IMG/VR virus record: IMGVR_UViG_3300045044_000110
Length of the DNA stretch: 64,000 bases
Strand: one strand, 5' to 3'
DNA from: a virus
The notes below the pieces were generated by a model. That model saw only the letters and a list, made by a program, of their open reading frames with translations. It was not told where the DNA came from and did no database searches. Positions 18,418-26,947 of this stretch are shown here, one piece after another; positions within the stretch are counted from its first letter, which is position 1, and each line of letters begins with the position of its first letter. A program made the translations under genes and the position numbers.

Positions 18418-19232
18418 GATCGGGCTTTGACGTTGACGTTGAGGTTGCGGCTGACCCGGATGCCGGGTAGCTTCGGCTCGCAATTTGGGTCTATCTGAAG
18501 CTGGGCCTGGCAGGCATCCTGGCAGGCCCGGTGATCTATGTCCCAGCGCAGGAGACGCAGGCAGCCGGACTGAATCACTTGGGCGATATTTTCCAGGACA
18601 AAAACATAGTTGTGATCGACCCGGCCACCCGGGACCAGGCCGCGCTTGCTAGACTCGAACATGTTGCTGGCTTCCAGAGCCATTTCTTTAGCCAGCTGTT
18701 CGTTAGCAGCGACAAGCAATTGGGTCTGGGCATCGAGCTTAGCTTTTTGCCGGGCGGCCTCATCAAGAGCAGCCCGAGCTTCCTCCTCGGCTCTGGCCTG
18801 GGCGGCTCTGGCCTCGGCGATCTTGCGGTCGTGTTCCTGCTGGATGCGGCGGGTTTCTTCCCGGTGCTTGCGCTCTTCTTCTTTCCGGGCCTCCTCTAGG
18901 CGTTTGACATGGACGTTGAGCAGCTCCTGCACCCGGCGGTGCTCGTTTATCACTGGGTCCCAGATCTCAGCGGCGGCTTCACCGATAGCGGTGAGCACGG
19001 CATCAAAAGGCTTTTTCACGGCCTTTTTCCCGGCGTCGATCTCGTTAAGCAAGCCTTTGAGCTGGCCCAGGGCGTGCCGGGCTATCGTGAAGGTCGCCTC
19101 ATCGTCGACGACCGTGATATCGGCGGTCGCGGCAAGCAGCTCGCGGGCGCGTTTACGGTCTGCCGGATTGATCCGGATCTGGACCGTGGAAGTGGCAAGA
19201 GGCTCGTCTCCGTAATACGGGGTTAACTCCAT
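18414..19232 (-). CDS. Recombination-associated coiled-coil protein (Gam/Gp157-like)
   Basis: LLNEIDAGKKAVKKPF helix, charged coiled coil, C-terminal LPGIRV; coupled to the recombinase. Confidence 0.5.
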   Translation of the reverse strand: MELTPYYGDEPLATSTVQIRINPADRKRARELLAATADITVVDDEATFTIARHALGQLKGLLNEIDAGKKAVKKPFDAVLTAIGEAAAEIWDPVINEHRRVQELLNVHVKRLEEARKEEERKHREETRRIQQEHDRKIAEARAAQARAEEEARAALDEAARQKAKLDAQTQLLVAANEQLAKEMALEASNMFESSKRGLVPGGRVDHNYVFVLENIAQVIQSGCLRLLRWDIDHRACQDACQAQLQIDPNCEPKLPGIRVSRNLNVNVKARS

Positions 19233-19250
19233 TTGGCTCCTTTGTCAGTG

Positions 19251-19607
19251 TTACTCGGCGGGAACACTCGCGCTACGTAACTCCGCAAAGAGGGCCTGAT
19301 ATTCGGCAACGGCATCTTCCATCTCTTCAGCGGCAGCGATTAAGCCGTCGCGCATCAGAGGGAAATATTCGTCGAGGTTCGCTCGGGTCTGGTTGGCCGC
19401 TTTTAATAGCAGGGCGCACATCAGCTGCGAATCGCGGACACGAAAATGCCGCCGGTCCAGTATCTTGTTGACTGCCGCCTCCGCGCCCGGACTGCAACGC
19501 CGGAGCTGATCGGCTATCGGGATAATGGCCGCTTTAAGCCGGGCGACTTCGCCCGAGCTATGCCGATAATAAATGGTTGCTTCAATGGGGGTATTTTGCA
19601 CGATCAT
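19251..19607 (-). CDS. Hypothetical protein (118 aa)
   Basis: First gene after the 19.6-19.77 kb intergenic control region. Confidence 0.65.
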   Translation of the reverse strand: MIVQNTPIEATIYYRHSSGEVARLKAAIIPIADQLRRCSPGAEAAVNKILDRRHFRVRDSQLMCALLLKAANQTRANLDEYFPLMRDGLIAAAEEMEDAVAEYQALFAELRSASVPAE

Positions 19608-19640
19608 CCCACCCGGATCAATGCTTGTTATTCTACCAAC

Positions 19641-19696
19641 GCACTACCTTGGTAGTGCTAAAGCACTACCGCTAAAAGTGGGGGATGCGCAACGTT
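19641..19696. promoter_or_regulatory. GCACTACC x3 (alternating orientation) plus ATGCGCAACGTT site
   Basis: GCACTACC-TT-GGTAGTGC-TAAA-GCACTACC at 19641-19670; partial operator palindrome at 19685-19696. Confidence 0.55.
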
Positions 19697-19770
19697 TTCT
19701 TTGCAAGAAAAAGCAGTTTCTATGACAGATAAACCGCGCTCATTGTAGCAACCCATTCTCCCGCGCCCAC

Positions 19771-20277
19771 TTACCATGGGCGAACTTTTTTCCACGTGAT
19801 CCCTGCTAGAATGTTTCTAATGCAAGAAGAGCCGATCATAAAGCGTTCAGCAATCTCAGAGCTAGTAAGGCCGCCTAATGACAAATGACGGATCCTTAGC
19901 ACGTCAGATTCAGTGAGCTTCCTTCGCGGATTCCATCGGCCCTTATCTACGCAGTCTCGGGTATTATCACGATGGCTTCCGGTCCATAGATGAGCCGGGT
20001 TGCAACATAGGCGGACGTCGCATCGATGAAGCACAAGCAACTGCTCGGGTATAGCCCCATGGTGCAGATAATAGCTTACTCTATGAGCTTGCAGTTGGCG
20101 GCCATTGAAATGGAGTTTTCCGTAACCATTTGAGGCAATGGTGCCTTTCCAGAGCCAGCATTCGGATGGTTTTGCTTGTTGGAGTTTATCCCAAAACAGT
20201 TTAGATAATATAGCCTTGCTCTCGGGCCCATTTTCCATGTCTGTGCAACGCTTCATGGCATGAGTGGCATACAGCAA
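19771..20277 (-). CDS. HNH homing-type endonuclease with C-terminal HTH (start uncertain)
   Basis: CWLWKG...GYG...AHRVSY...VLHRCDVRLCCNPAHLWTGSHRDN. Visibly AT-richer than the flanks. Confidence 0.9.
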   Translation of the reverse strand: MLYATHAMKRCTDMENGPESKAILSKLFWDKLQQAKPSECWLWKGTIASNGYGKLHFNGRQLQAHRVSYYLHHGAIPEQLLVLHRCDVRLCCNPAHLWTGSHRDNTRDCVDKGRWNPRRKLTESDVLRIRHLSLGGLTSSEIAERFMIGSSCIRNILAGITWKKVRPW

Positions 20278-20515
20278 GCCAATAGTTCAGGTCAAGCAAA
20301 GCTTTCTGAATCCGTCCCGCTCGGTGATGAACCTGGGTAGAGCGGCATTTTTTACAAATTTCGCAGATGGGATGCGCCAGGAGCCAATCGTCGTGGATTC
20401 GGGCATATTCCCGGAGCTGCGCTGCCCGGCGGCTAGACTTTGGTCGCAGCCGCTTATGACGTTTCAGACCAGAACGATGTTGGGTGTGGGCAGCTCGGCG
20501 TCTAAGGGCTCCCAT
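20201..20515 (-). CDS. Small HNH/zinc-finger nuclease-like protein
   Basis: CEICKKC...VHHRAGR...LAVCHSCHEALH. Confidence 0.8.
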   Translation of the reverse strand: MGALRRRAAHTQHRSGLKRHKRLRPKSSRRAAQLREYARIHDDWLLAHPICEICKKCRSTQVHHRAGRIQKALLDLNYWLAVCHSCHEALHRHGKWAREQGYII

Positions 20516-20841
20516 AAATGCAACACGTAAGGATGGTCGTTAACATAGACCTCTTTTGGCGGATGAAATTGGACCACCCAGGCGTCGTCGGCAAAGAATA
20601 AATCTTTCAACCGGCACATGACTTCCCAGGGGGGCAGTTCGCGCCGCTGGGCATTCGTAACGCTCAGATGCCGCCAGCCCGTGTCCAGGGCCGAACCGTC
20701 GCCGATGATTACCTGCCAGAGCTGGCCATTCAAGGGCACCATGAAAGCGCCGTTCCATCCGGCGCTATCAGTAGAGCCCATCTTGCCGGTGCGTACCCGC
20801 CAGCGGTTAGCACTGACCAGTTTCTCTAGCAACGTCTTCAT
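20464..20841 (-). CDS. Conserved phage protein (DUF7694-like)
   Basis: GWRHLSV...PPWEVMCRLKDLFF...VVQFHPP...YVNDHPYVLHLW signature. Confidence 0.7.
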   Translation of the reverse strand: MKTLLEKLVSANRWRVRTGKMGSTDSAGWNGAFMVPLNGQLWQVIIGDGSALDTGWRHLSVTNAQRRELPPWEVMCRLKDLFFADDAWVVQFHPPKEVYVNDHPYVLHLWEPLDAELPTPNIVLV

Positions 20842-21383
20842 GGCCGCCTCGCGGCCTCCTCGGTCAATTCTTTCTCGATCTGGGCAACTCCCACAGCGAT
20901 GTTTTTTGCGCGTGCTTCCCGAAGGGCTTTCATCCTTTTAAGTTCGGCTTTGCGTGCGGCTCGTTCTTTGGGCGTCATTTTTGCCTGCAGCCCTTCTTCG
21001 CGTTCCCGAGCTTTTACTTCACGCACATGGTCGCGCTGTTTGCGTTTCAGGTCGCGCATGTATCTTTCTTGATTGTCCCAGATCGTGGCACGCCGCTTAT
21101 CACCGGGTTTCATCCACAGGCCGTTCTCATGTCTGTTGCGCTCGATGGCCTCGATGTTTTGCCGGAAAAGATAAGTCTCCCTATCCGGGAGTGGATACCG
21201 GTCCAGATGATCCTGCAGGAATTGGCCGAAGTGTTTCGACGCGCCGCCGCAGCCCTCTTTCAATTTCGCGATGGTGTCCTTGCGAAGCACGCACGTAATT
21301 TGGCCGTAAATGTTTGGGTCTTTCCGGGGCCTGCCGCTGTTGGGGCGGGACCCTCCTCTTTTGGATTTTGTCTTCTTTTCCAT
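20838..21383 (-). CDS. Basic putative DNA-binding protein
   Basis: N-terminal RGGSRPNSGRPRK (AT-hook-like), followed by a short strand-helix segment and a basic coiled coil. Confidence 0.6.
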   Translation of the reverse strand: MEKKTKSKRGGSRPNSGRPRKDPNIYGQITCVLRKDTIAKLKEGCGGASKHFGQFLQDHLDRYPLPDRETYLFRQNIEAIERNRHENGLWMKPGDKRRATIWDNQERYMRDLKRKQRDHVREVKAREREEGLQAKMTPKERAARKAELKRMKALREARAKNIAVGVAQIEKELTEEAARRP

Positions 21384-21492
21384 ATTCTGACGTAGAAGTT
21401 ATTCAGGAATACCGGGTCAGTGATATCGCCTGTCTTCTTCTTTGAAAACCAATAGCTTATCATAAGTTAAGTGTGGAGTTCCACGGTTGGAG

Positions 21493-21954
21493 TTAGTTGG
21501 TACTGAAGGGGCGCGGGAGCTGCGGACCGTTCGAGAACCGGATTTCGTAGAACCAGCCGCCGCCGTGGCTTTTGCCTTTACCGGGTTTAATCATGCGGTC
21601 CAGCTCGATGAGGAGCCGGTCGAGGTAGTCAGTCATCATATCACCCATGCCAGCTTCCGTCTCTTCGAGCTGGGCCTCCGAGACCTCGAGGACCCGCATG
21701 ATGCGGGTGTAATAGAGGTCGTTGTGGTAGAGAATACCGACCACATAGAGATTGGTTGAACCATCCGGCTGGTCGGCAAAATAGCCCTCCCACATCAGCT
21801 CGTCGTTCTCGAGGGTCGCCCGGATATGCTTGTAGAAGTTTTGGACAAACTGAATCAAGCCCTCCTCCTGGATGACACGCTTCATCTCCTCGTGCTCATG
21901 ATACATCTCCAGGCGCAGGCCTGGAGGCAACCGGTTGGGTATCTCGATTTTCAT
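21493..21954 (-). CDS. Hypothetical protein (153 aa)
   Basis: Tightly packed minus-strand run. Confidence 0.65.
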   Translation of the reverse strand: MKIEIPNRLPPGLRLEMYHEHEEMKRVIQEEGLIQFVQNFYKHIRATLENDELMWEGYFADQPDGSTNLYVVGILYHNDLYYTRIMRVLEVSEAQLEETEAGMGDMMTDYLDRLLIELDRMIKPGKGKSHGGGWFYEIRFSNGPQLPRPFSTN

Positions 21955-21960
21955 TTAGTC

Positions 21961-22419
21961 TTACAACTGCAGAAGCGGCTCAAGTTCGGCGAGCGTGCGC
22001 TTTCGAGCTGCTTCGAAATATTCGATAATGACCCACTCTGGAATCACCGGCATCAAGTTAATACGTAGCTCCGGCTGCAAGGCCATTGCTTGCCTCATCG
22101 CCTTATCCATTTGCCGATTAACGGCGATGACGTCTCGGACCTCGATGAGGATTAGCTCATTGACTAATTCCTGCAGAGTCTCGGCAGCGAACCATCGCAA
22201 ATGGCTGAAGCCATCAAGGCGCATCCGATAGATATGGCCGTCGTTCCAGATATCAATTTTGTATTGAAGCGGGTGGTCGAACGCTCTGACCTCAAGTCCG
22301 AAATGCTCATTTAAGTCACGGCATTCAAACTCGGCCTGGATGTGACTAGGGCTGCCCCAGGCGAATGGCGCAGGTAGATTTGGTTCTTTGCCGGAGCCCG
22401 GCGGTATTGGTTCGCTCAT
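21961..22419 (-). CDS. Hypothetical protein (152 aa)
   Basis: Tightly packed minus-strand run. Confidence 0.65.
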   Translation of the reverse strand: MSEPIPPGSGKEPNLPAPFAWGSPSHIQAEFECRDLNEHFGLEVRAFDHPLQYKIDIWNDGHIYRMRLDGFSHLRWFAAETLQELVNELILIEVRDVIAVNRQMDKAMRQAMALQPELRINLMPVIPEWVIIEYFEAARKRTLAELEPLLQL

Positions 22420-22422
22420 AGG

Positions 22423-22731
22423 TTAGTCCAGAAACAGTTGGGGCAAGCTATGCAGCTCCTGCGCGATCTCAGCTTGTTTGTGAGACCACTGTCTGTGCGC
22501 TTCAAGGAAACGCTGGTGCTGATGGTAATAGGCCGCCACCTGGATGATCAGATAGTGGCCGTTATCCTTGCGGCGGCACAACAGCGCGTTCCACTCCTCG
22601 ATCAGGTGGAGCGGCTCGATATCTCCGGGTTTCCAGTCAGGCCGGTCCCGAAACGCCTCCCGGATCTGGGAGGCGTGCTTCTTCTTGATTACGGTCACCC
22701 GTAACAGGTTGGTTTCTAGTGTGGTGGTCAT
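22423..22731 (-). CDS. Hypothetical protein (102 aa)
   Basis: Tightly packed minus-strand run. Confidence 0.65.
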   Translation of the reverse strand: MTTTLETNLLRVTVIKKKHASQIREAFRDRPDWKPGDIEPLHLIEEWNALLCRRKDNGHYLIIQVAAYYHQHQRFLEAHRQWSHKQAEIAQELHSLPQLFLD

Positions 22732-22734
22732 AGT

Positions 22735-22965
22735 TTATGGAAGCTCGGATTCATCAACCGGCTCATAGGCATCCGGGGCGGGCACGATTGGTTCTAGGCC
22801 GTTGGCGATACGCTTGGGATTCGCGGCCTCGATGCAATGGCGACACACTGGCTCTTTTGTGCCGGTGCGAGTGAGGTGCGCCGGTACGCTTGGAACGCGC
22901 ACCGGGTTGTAGGTAAATATCCGCCCGCAGCAGTAGCAGGCCGAAGTGCAAAAGCAGTATCCCAT
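22735..22965 (-). CDS. Small zinc-finger protein
   Basis: MGYCFCTSACYCCGR...VCRHC; start at ATG 22965. Confidence 0.65.
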   Translation of the reverse strand: MGYCFCTSACYCCGRIFTYNPVRVPSVPAHLTRTGTKEPVCRHCIEAANPKRIANGLEPIVPAPDAYEPVDESELP

Positions 22966-22978
22966 ATGCTTCAGTGTT

Positions 22979-23170
22979 TCATTTTTCTCGCTTAACCACG
23001 ACGGCACCGTGGCAGAGTTGGGCTTTGCCGCCCTTGGCGTTGGCGGCTTTGTTTTCCAGCAGCCGGAGCAAGTACGTGTGATCGACGTAAAGGCGGACTC
23101 GACAAACCTTGCCGTTTTGATCCAGGGGTTGTGACCAAGCAATTGGCTGAGGTTGCGGTTTTCGTTTCAT
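22979..23170 (-). CDS. Hypothetical protein (63 aa)
   Basis: ATG 23170, fills the gap between neighbours. Confidence 0.5.
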   Translation of the reverse strand: MKRKPQPQPIAWSQPLDQNGKVCRVRLYVDHTYLLRLLENKAANAKGGKAQLCHGAVVVKREK

Positions 23171-23177
23171 GTTGTTG

Positions 23178-23426
23178 CTACTTATCTTCCTCAAAATTGA
23201 AGTAGAATCTCGGGCTGTGCTGAAACTCCAAGCTTCCGACTTTGCTGGTCTTGCGCTCACGCACCATGACATAGGGTGCGGCAAAGCCGATGACTTCGAA
23301 CTCAGCCCGCAGCTGGGTCGAGTCCCAGACCTGCCCATGTCGCTGTTCCAATTCAGTCCGGTTGTCGGCCTCGGCGTTGAGTTCTGCGAATCGGGCCCGC
23401 CTCATTCCTTCTGTTGGATCGTCCAT
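23178..23426 (-). CDS. Conserved hypothetical protein (82 aa)
   Basis: HGQVWDS...FEVIGFAAPYV...GSLEFQHSPRFYF looks like a recurrent small-protein family. Confidence 0.7.
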   Translation of the reverse strand: MDDPTEGMRRARFAELNAEADNRTELEQRHGQVWDSTQLRAEFEVIGFAAPYVMVRERKTSKVGSLEFQHSPRFYFNFEEDK

Positions 23427-23430
23427 ATGG

Positions 23431-23673
23431 TTACTTCTTTCTTTTTCGTTGTTGCTTTAGTTTTTGCCGCTCCAACCTGCGGGCGGCGACCCGGCGTTTA
23501 ATGAGTTCAAAGTAGAGATGCGAGATCTCAATAGAGACGGAGCTACTCACCCGCTGCCCCAGGAGCCGGAGCCGGATGACATCACCGGGCACCAGCTCCA
23601 CGACGATTTCTTTTTTGTAATGTTGGAACGGAGCGTGCGTCTTGCGCCGCAGCTGTTTGTCCAGGTAATTCAT
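23431..23673 (-). CDS. Hypothetical basic protein
   Basis: ATGA-coupled to the upstream gene. Confidence 0.55.
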   Translation of the reverse strand: MNYLDKQLRRKTHAPFQHYKKEIVVELVPGDVIRLRLLGQRVSSSVSIEISHLYFELIKRRVAARRLERQKLKQQRKRKK

Positions 23674-23903
23674 AGCGCGATCCACTTGCCCCCGACTAGG
23701 CGAGCACCGCCTACGATGGCGCTAAAACCAGTGCGGCTATCGAACCATTGTTCCTTGCCGTCGTGGTAGCGCACACCGATGGGCGAGCTGTAGGTTTTGC
23801 CCCGGTGAATCACCTCGGCGTGGAGCTGACGTCTGCCGATCTGGACCAAACAAAAATCGCCTACCCGGAGTTGCTGTGCCTTGAATTTGCCGTTAGTAGT
23901 CAC
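23670..23903 (-). CDS. Hypothetical SH3/KOW-like protein (77 aa)
   Basis: LRVGDFCLVQ...AEVI beta-barrel-like pattern. Confidence 0.5.
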   Translation of the reverse strand: MTTNGKFKAQQLRVGDFCLVQIGRRQLHAEVIHRGKTYSSPIGVRYHDGKEQWFDSRTGFSAIVGGARLVGGKWIAL

Positions 23904-23924
23904 TTGGAATTAGTGTGGTTACTT

Positions 23925-23959
23925 CTGGCGGCGCGTTTATCGTGTGGACGCGCCGCCAG
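23925..23959. other. Intergenic hairpin, perfect 12-bp stem
   Basis: CTGGCGGCGCGT (23925-23936) / ACGCGCCGCCAG (23948-23959). Confidence 0.7.
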
Positions 23960-23970
23960 TCTTTTGCAGA

Positions 23971-24297
23971 TTAGGCGTCCTGGATGCGGTCACTGAAGAA
24001 AAGCTCCAGTGCTTCGGTTTGTTCCCGGCGTTGGAGCCATTCGAAGGCCTCGTCGTCGGTCAAGACGTACCAATCTCTGCCGCCGCAGGTTGAGTTATGG
24101 CCGCAGCTTTGCGCGTAACGCGACAACGCTCCGCCTTCGCCGATCAGGAACCAGCCGCCGGTGGGCGTGCGATACAAAGTTTCATCGACATAGTGGAAAT
24201 CGCTATGGCCGTAGCCATTACTCCAGGAACCGACTGCGGTGGCCGTCTCAGTGTTATAACGCTTACCTTTGATGATTCGGATAGTTGATTTGGTCAT
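23971..24297 (-). CDS. Conserved phage hypothetical protein (108 aa)
   Basis: GKRYNTETA...DFHYVDETLYRTPTGGWFLIGEGGALSRYA family signature. Confidence 0.75.
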   Translation of the reverse strand: MTKSTIRIIKGKRYNTETATAVGSWSNGYGHSDFHYVDETLYRTPTGGWFLIGEGGALSRYAQSCGHNSTCGGRDWYVLTDDEAFEWLQRREQTEALELFFSDRIQDA

Positions 24298-24362
24298 ATT
24301 GGCTTGCTCTGTGAGGGTTGATTCAGAGAATCCCGCCCGCTGTCACCGGGCGGATCCCTGTG
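24295..24362 (-). repeat. Repeated gene leader, copy 1 (hairpin + ACAGAGCAAGCCAAT-ATG)
   Basis: Near-identical to 24989-25061; fills the whole intergenic gap. Confidence 0.85.
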
Positions 24363-24364
24363 AG

Positions 24365-24562
24365 TTACTTGATTTCTAAGCAGCGGATGGCGTACTCGAT
24401 CCCGGCGATGTAGCCTTTGGTGTAAAGGCCTGCGCGGGAATCTTTGCGGGCGTGGGCTAGGTGCTCCTTAAGGATCTTCTCATTGATGCCGCGCACGATC
24501 TCGCGGCCCTCGAACTGGCCGCACTTGGTAGCGTATTCTAAAGCGATGTCTTGAGCGCTCAT
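24365..24562 (-). CDS. Hypothetical protein (65 aa)
   Basis: ATGA-coupled. Confidence 0.6.
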   Translation of the reverse strand: MSAQDIALEYATKCGQFEGREIVRGINEKILKEHLAHARKDSRAGLYTKGYIAGIEYAIRCLEIK

Positions 24563-24807
24563 TTGATCTCCCGGTAAGACGTGTAGCCGCAGTTGCGGCA
24601 GTTAGAGTGCAAAAGCTTCCCCAGGCGGCCAGTCCAGCGCGCCACGTTGCAGCCGCATATCGGGCACTCAAATGGCTCGTCTTCCTCTTGCTCGCCCTGG
24701 AAGCTTTCGGGGTCATCGGCCATCGGTGGCAGATCGCTTTCGCGGTTGTAGTAGCCAGTGAGCTGGCTCTCTAGATAGTCGGAATATTCAGGCATATTAG
24801 TAGTCAA
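24559..24807 (-). CDS. Small zinc-ribbon protein
   Basis: CPICGC...CRNCG; the ATG at 24795 is the likelier start. Confidence 0.65.
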   Translation of the reverse strand: MTTNMPEYSDYLESQLTGYYNRESDLPPMADDPESFQGEQEEDEPFECPICGCNVARWTGRLGKLLHSNCRNCGYTSYREIK

Positions 24808-24991
24808 TGCGGGGGCGTGAGTTGCGGTTGTCCTCGGTTTCGATGCAGTCCTCGATCATGTCGCAGGCGTCCTGTAGCGAAACGACGTAACCATGGCCAT
24901 CGGTTCTCTCGAAAGGATGGCTATGCTTAAGGGTGAAGGCCAGGGCCTCATGGATGACTTCCAGCATTTGTCGGGATAGGTTGATTTGCAT
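24797..24991 (-). CDS. Hypothetical protein (64 aa)
   Basis: Starts at the ATG of repeated leader copy 2. Confidence 0.65.
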   Translation of the reverse strand: MQINLSRQMLEVIHEALAFTLKHSHPFERTDGHGYVVSLQDACDMIEDCIETEDNRNSRPRIDY

Positions 24992-25061
24992 ATTGGCTTG
25001 CTCTGTGGGTGTTCACAGAATCCCGCCCGCGCATCCCCAGACACGCGGGCGGATCCCTGTG
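24989..25061 (-). repeat. Repeated gene leader, copy 2
   Basis: CATATTGGCTTGCTCTGTG...AGAATCCCGCCCGC...GGGCGGATCCCTGTG shared with 24295-24362. Confidence 0.85.
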
Positions 25062-25064
25062 GAC

Positions 25065-25646
25065 CTACTCGTTTTGGTTACCGAACACGTAGTCCTCACG
25101 GCGGCGGTCATCAGCAGCCTCGCGTTCTCGGTACGCCCGCTCTGCCGCCTCTTGTGCCAGAGTCATCTCGCTAACCTCGATCCCCAGGATCGCCCTGCAC
25201 TCTGGCCCATAGCCTGAGTCAATCGATTCCGGCTCAGTCAGCGTGCGTCCGCAGCGCCCGCACCGGCATTCATGGCGCACGATCAGATCTTTCTCGCCCC
25301 GGTGATTAAAGAAATAGTTGAAGGCCAAGATGCAGGCTGAATCGCCCCGGACGCGAGTGGCGCGAGTGGTGGCGAACCACAGGCCGCTCGGGCCTTGGTT
25401 ACGAATCATGCCCAGATAGGTGAACTCGCCCTGATCGGCGGAGCCGCTAGTGAGGAGCTTGACGAACCATACCGGCTCGGGGGCAAAGCCACGCCGCTCT
25501 TGCTTCTCAGCGTCCGGCGCGACAATCTTGTACGTGAAATGGTTGCCGGTGCGGGCCGACTGGAGAGTAATGATCGCGTTGCCAGCCAGCGCGAAAGCCC
25601 TGGCGTCTTCGGTGGTTTGGAACCGGTGGTCGGAAGTGGTCTGCAT
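25065..25646 (-). CDS. DUF6011-like metal-binding protein
   Basis: C-terminal CRCGRCGRTLTEPESIDSGYGPEC; N-terminal SARTGNHFTYKI...FTYLG. Confidence 0.8.
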   Translation of the reverse strand: MQTTSDHRFQTTEDARAFALAGNAIITLQSARTGNHFTYKIVAPDAEKQERRGFAPEPVWFVKLLTSGSADQGEFTYLGMIRNQGPSGLWFATTRATRVRGDSACILAFNYFFNHRGEKDLIVRHECRCGRCGRTLTEPESIDSGYGPECRAILGIEVSEMTLAQEAAERAYREREAADDRRREDYVFGNQNE

Positions 25647-25826
25647 GCTTTCTTATAATGCCTAATTCACCGGTATGCAACTGATTTCTTGCTTGGACAA
25701 TCAAATATTTAAGTAATGCGTTATAATGCGTAAATGCCTGTATATAATGCCTAATTCACGCCGTAAGTGCCTCAAAATCAACAAAAAAGTCGGCAGAATG
25801 CCGACTCCGCAACGTTGCGCATAAGT
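25647..25826. promoter_or_regulatory. Divergent control region
   Basis: AT-rich. TTATAATGC motifs at 25652-25670, 25721-25735 and 25743-25759; operator-like CGCAACGTTGCGCAT at 25808-25822. Minus strand TTGCAT-17 nt-TATAAG ends 5 nt before the ATG at 25646. Confidence 0.65.
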
Positions 25827-26408
25827 ATGGGTGACCCAGATTTAGATAAGTTTGTGGCTGAGTTTAAAGTGAGCAGAAAGAAGCGAACCGGCAAAGGCCG
25901 GTGGCCGGATGGAGCCGTCTCTAAAAGGGTCAAGGAACGCACCAGCTTGCCCCCAGATGCGCCCGCCCCGCATATAGAGGCCATCATAGCCGACCAGGGT
26001 CTCGAGCCCACGGCAGAGGCGCTCAAAGCCTGGGACGCCAGGATAAATGGTGCGCCCATCATTGACGTCGCCCATCAAATGGGCGTGAGCATCGAGCTAG
26101 CCAAGAAATTGATTAACGAGGTCCACGCGGCTATCCGGGAAGATCTCAAAGCCAATCTGGAATTGAACCGCAATATCGATCTGCACCGGATCGATCAGCT
26201 GATCCTGGCTTATCTGCCAGCCGCCAAAGCCGGTGATGACAAGGCAGCGGTTGTTGTGCTCAAAGCTTTGCAACACCGGGCCAAACTAACCGGAGCTGAG
26301 CCCACGCCTGAGCCGGTGAAGAGTGCCAACGTCGAGAGCGTCCAAGCTTGGATTGTGAATGTATTGCCCTCGATTAATCGGCTAGTCGACGAGCTGCCCC
26401 GAGAATGA
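25827..26408 (+). CDS. Putative terminase small subunit (HTH)
   Basis: HTH (GAPIIDVAHQMGVSIELAKKLINE) followed by LHRIDQL...AKAGDDKAAVVVLKALQHRAKLTG, a pattern seen in TerS-like phage proteins. Confidence 0.5.
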   Translation: MGDPDLDKFVAEFKVSRKKRTGKGRWPDGAVSKRVKERTSLPPDAPAPHIEAIIADQGLEPTAEALKAWDARINGAPIIDVAHQMGVSIELAKKLINEVHAAIREDLKANLELNRNIDLHRIDQLILAYLPAAKAGDDKAAVVVLKALQHRAKLTGAEPTPEPVKSANVESVQAWIVNVLPSINRLVDELPRE

Positions 26409-26473
26409 CATGTAAGCTCAGCCTCGGAATTGTCGCTTGCAATTTAGTTTATCGGCCTAGAGTAGCCGAACAT

Positions 26474-26947
26474 ATGGCAGCAATACCTATAATCATTCAA
26501 GGAACACTCACTTACGCTGGCCTGGAGATCGGCGGGGGCCCAGTCGTAGGCGGAGGTACACCACCATCTCCACCTCTAGGCATTTGGGGCGGCGCTCCGA
26601 TTCCGGTCCCAACACCACCTATTTTTTATCCTCCGACTCCGCCGCCCGGTATTTGGGGTGGCGCTCCGATTCCGGTTCCAACACCGCCGATTTATTATCC
26701 GCCGGTGGGCGGCGGTGAGCCCAGCCATCCTATCGTGATCCCGCTTCCGCCGGACACACCCGGCGCACCGACTCATCCCATCGTGATCCCTCCTAGCCCA
26801 GGCGGCATACCGTCGCACCCGATTGTGATTGTGCCACCGCCTCCAGCTGAAGGCACCAAACCGCCGCCACCGGAAGGCGGTTGGGGCTACAGCCAAGAAC
26901 ATGGTTGGGGTTACTTTCCCGGCCCCAGCCAACCAGGGCCAAAGTAA
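26474..26947 (+). CDS. Pro/Gly-rich repeat protein with P(S/T)HPIVI repeats
   Basis: GIWGGAPIPVPTPPIxYPP x2, P(S/T)HPIVI x3, C-terminal GGWGYSQEHGWGYFP. Confidence 0.75.
   Translation: MAAIPIIIQGTLTYAGLEIGGGPVVGGGTPPSPPLGIWGGAPIPVPTPPIFYPPTPPPGIWGGAPIPVPTPPIYYPPVGGGEPSHPIVIPLPPDTPGAPTHPIVIPPSPGGIPSHPIVIVPPPPAEGTKPPPPEGGWGYSQEHGWGYFPGPSQPGPK

Noticed and set aside
24295-25061. Possible CRISPR array from the repeated ~70-bp units
   Set aside because: Only two copies, separated by whole genes, and no cas genes.
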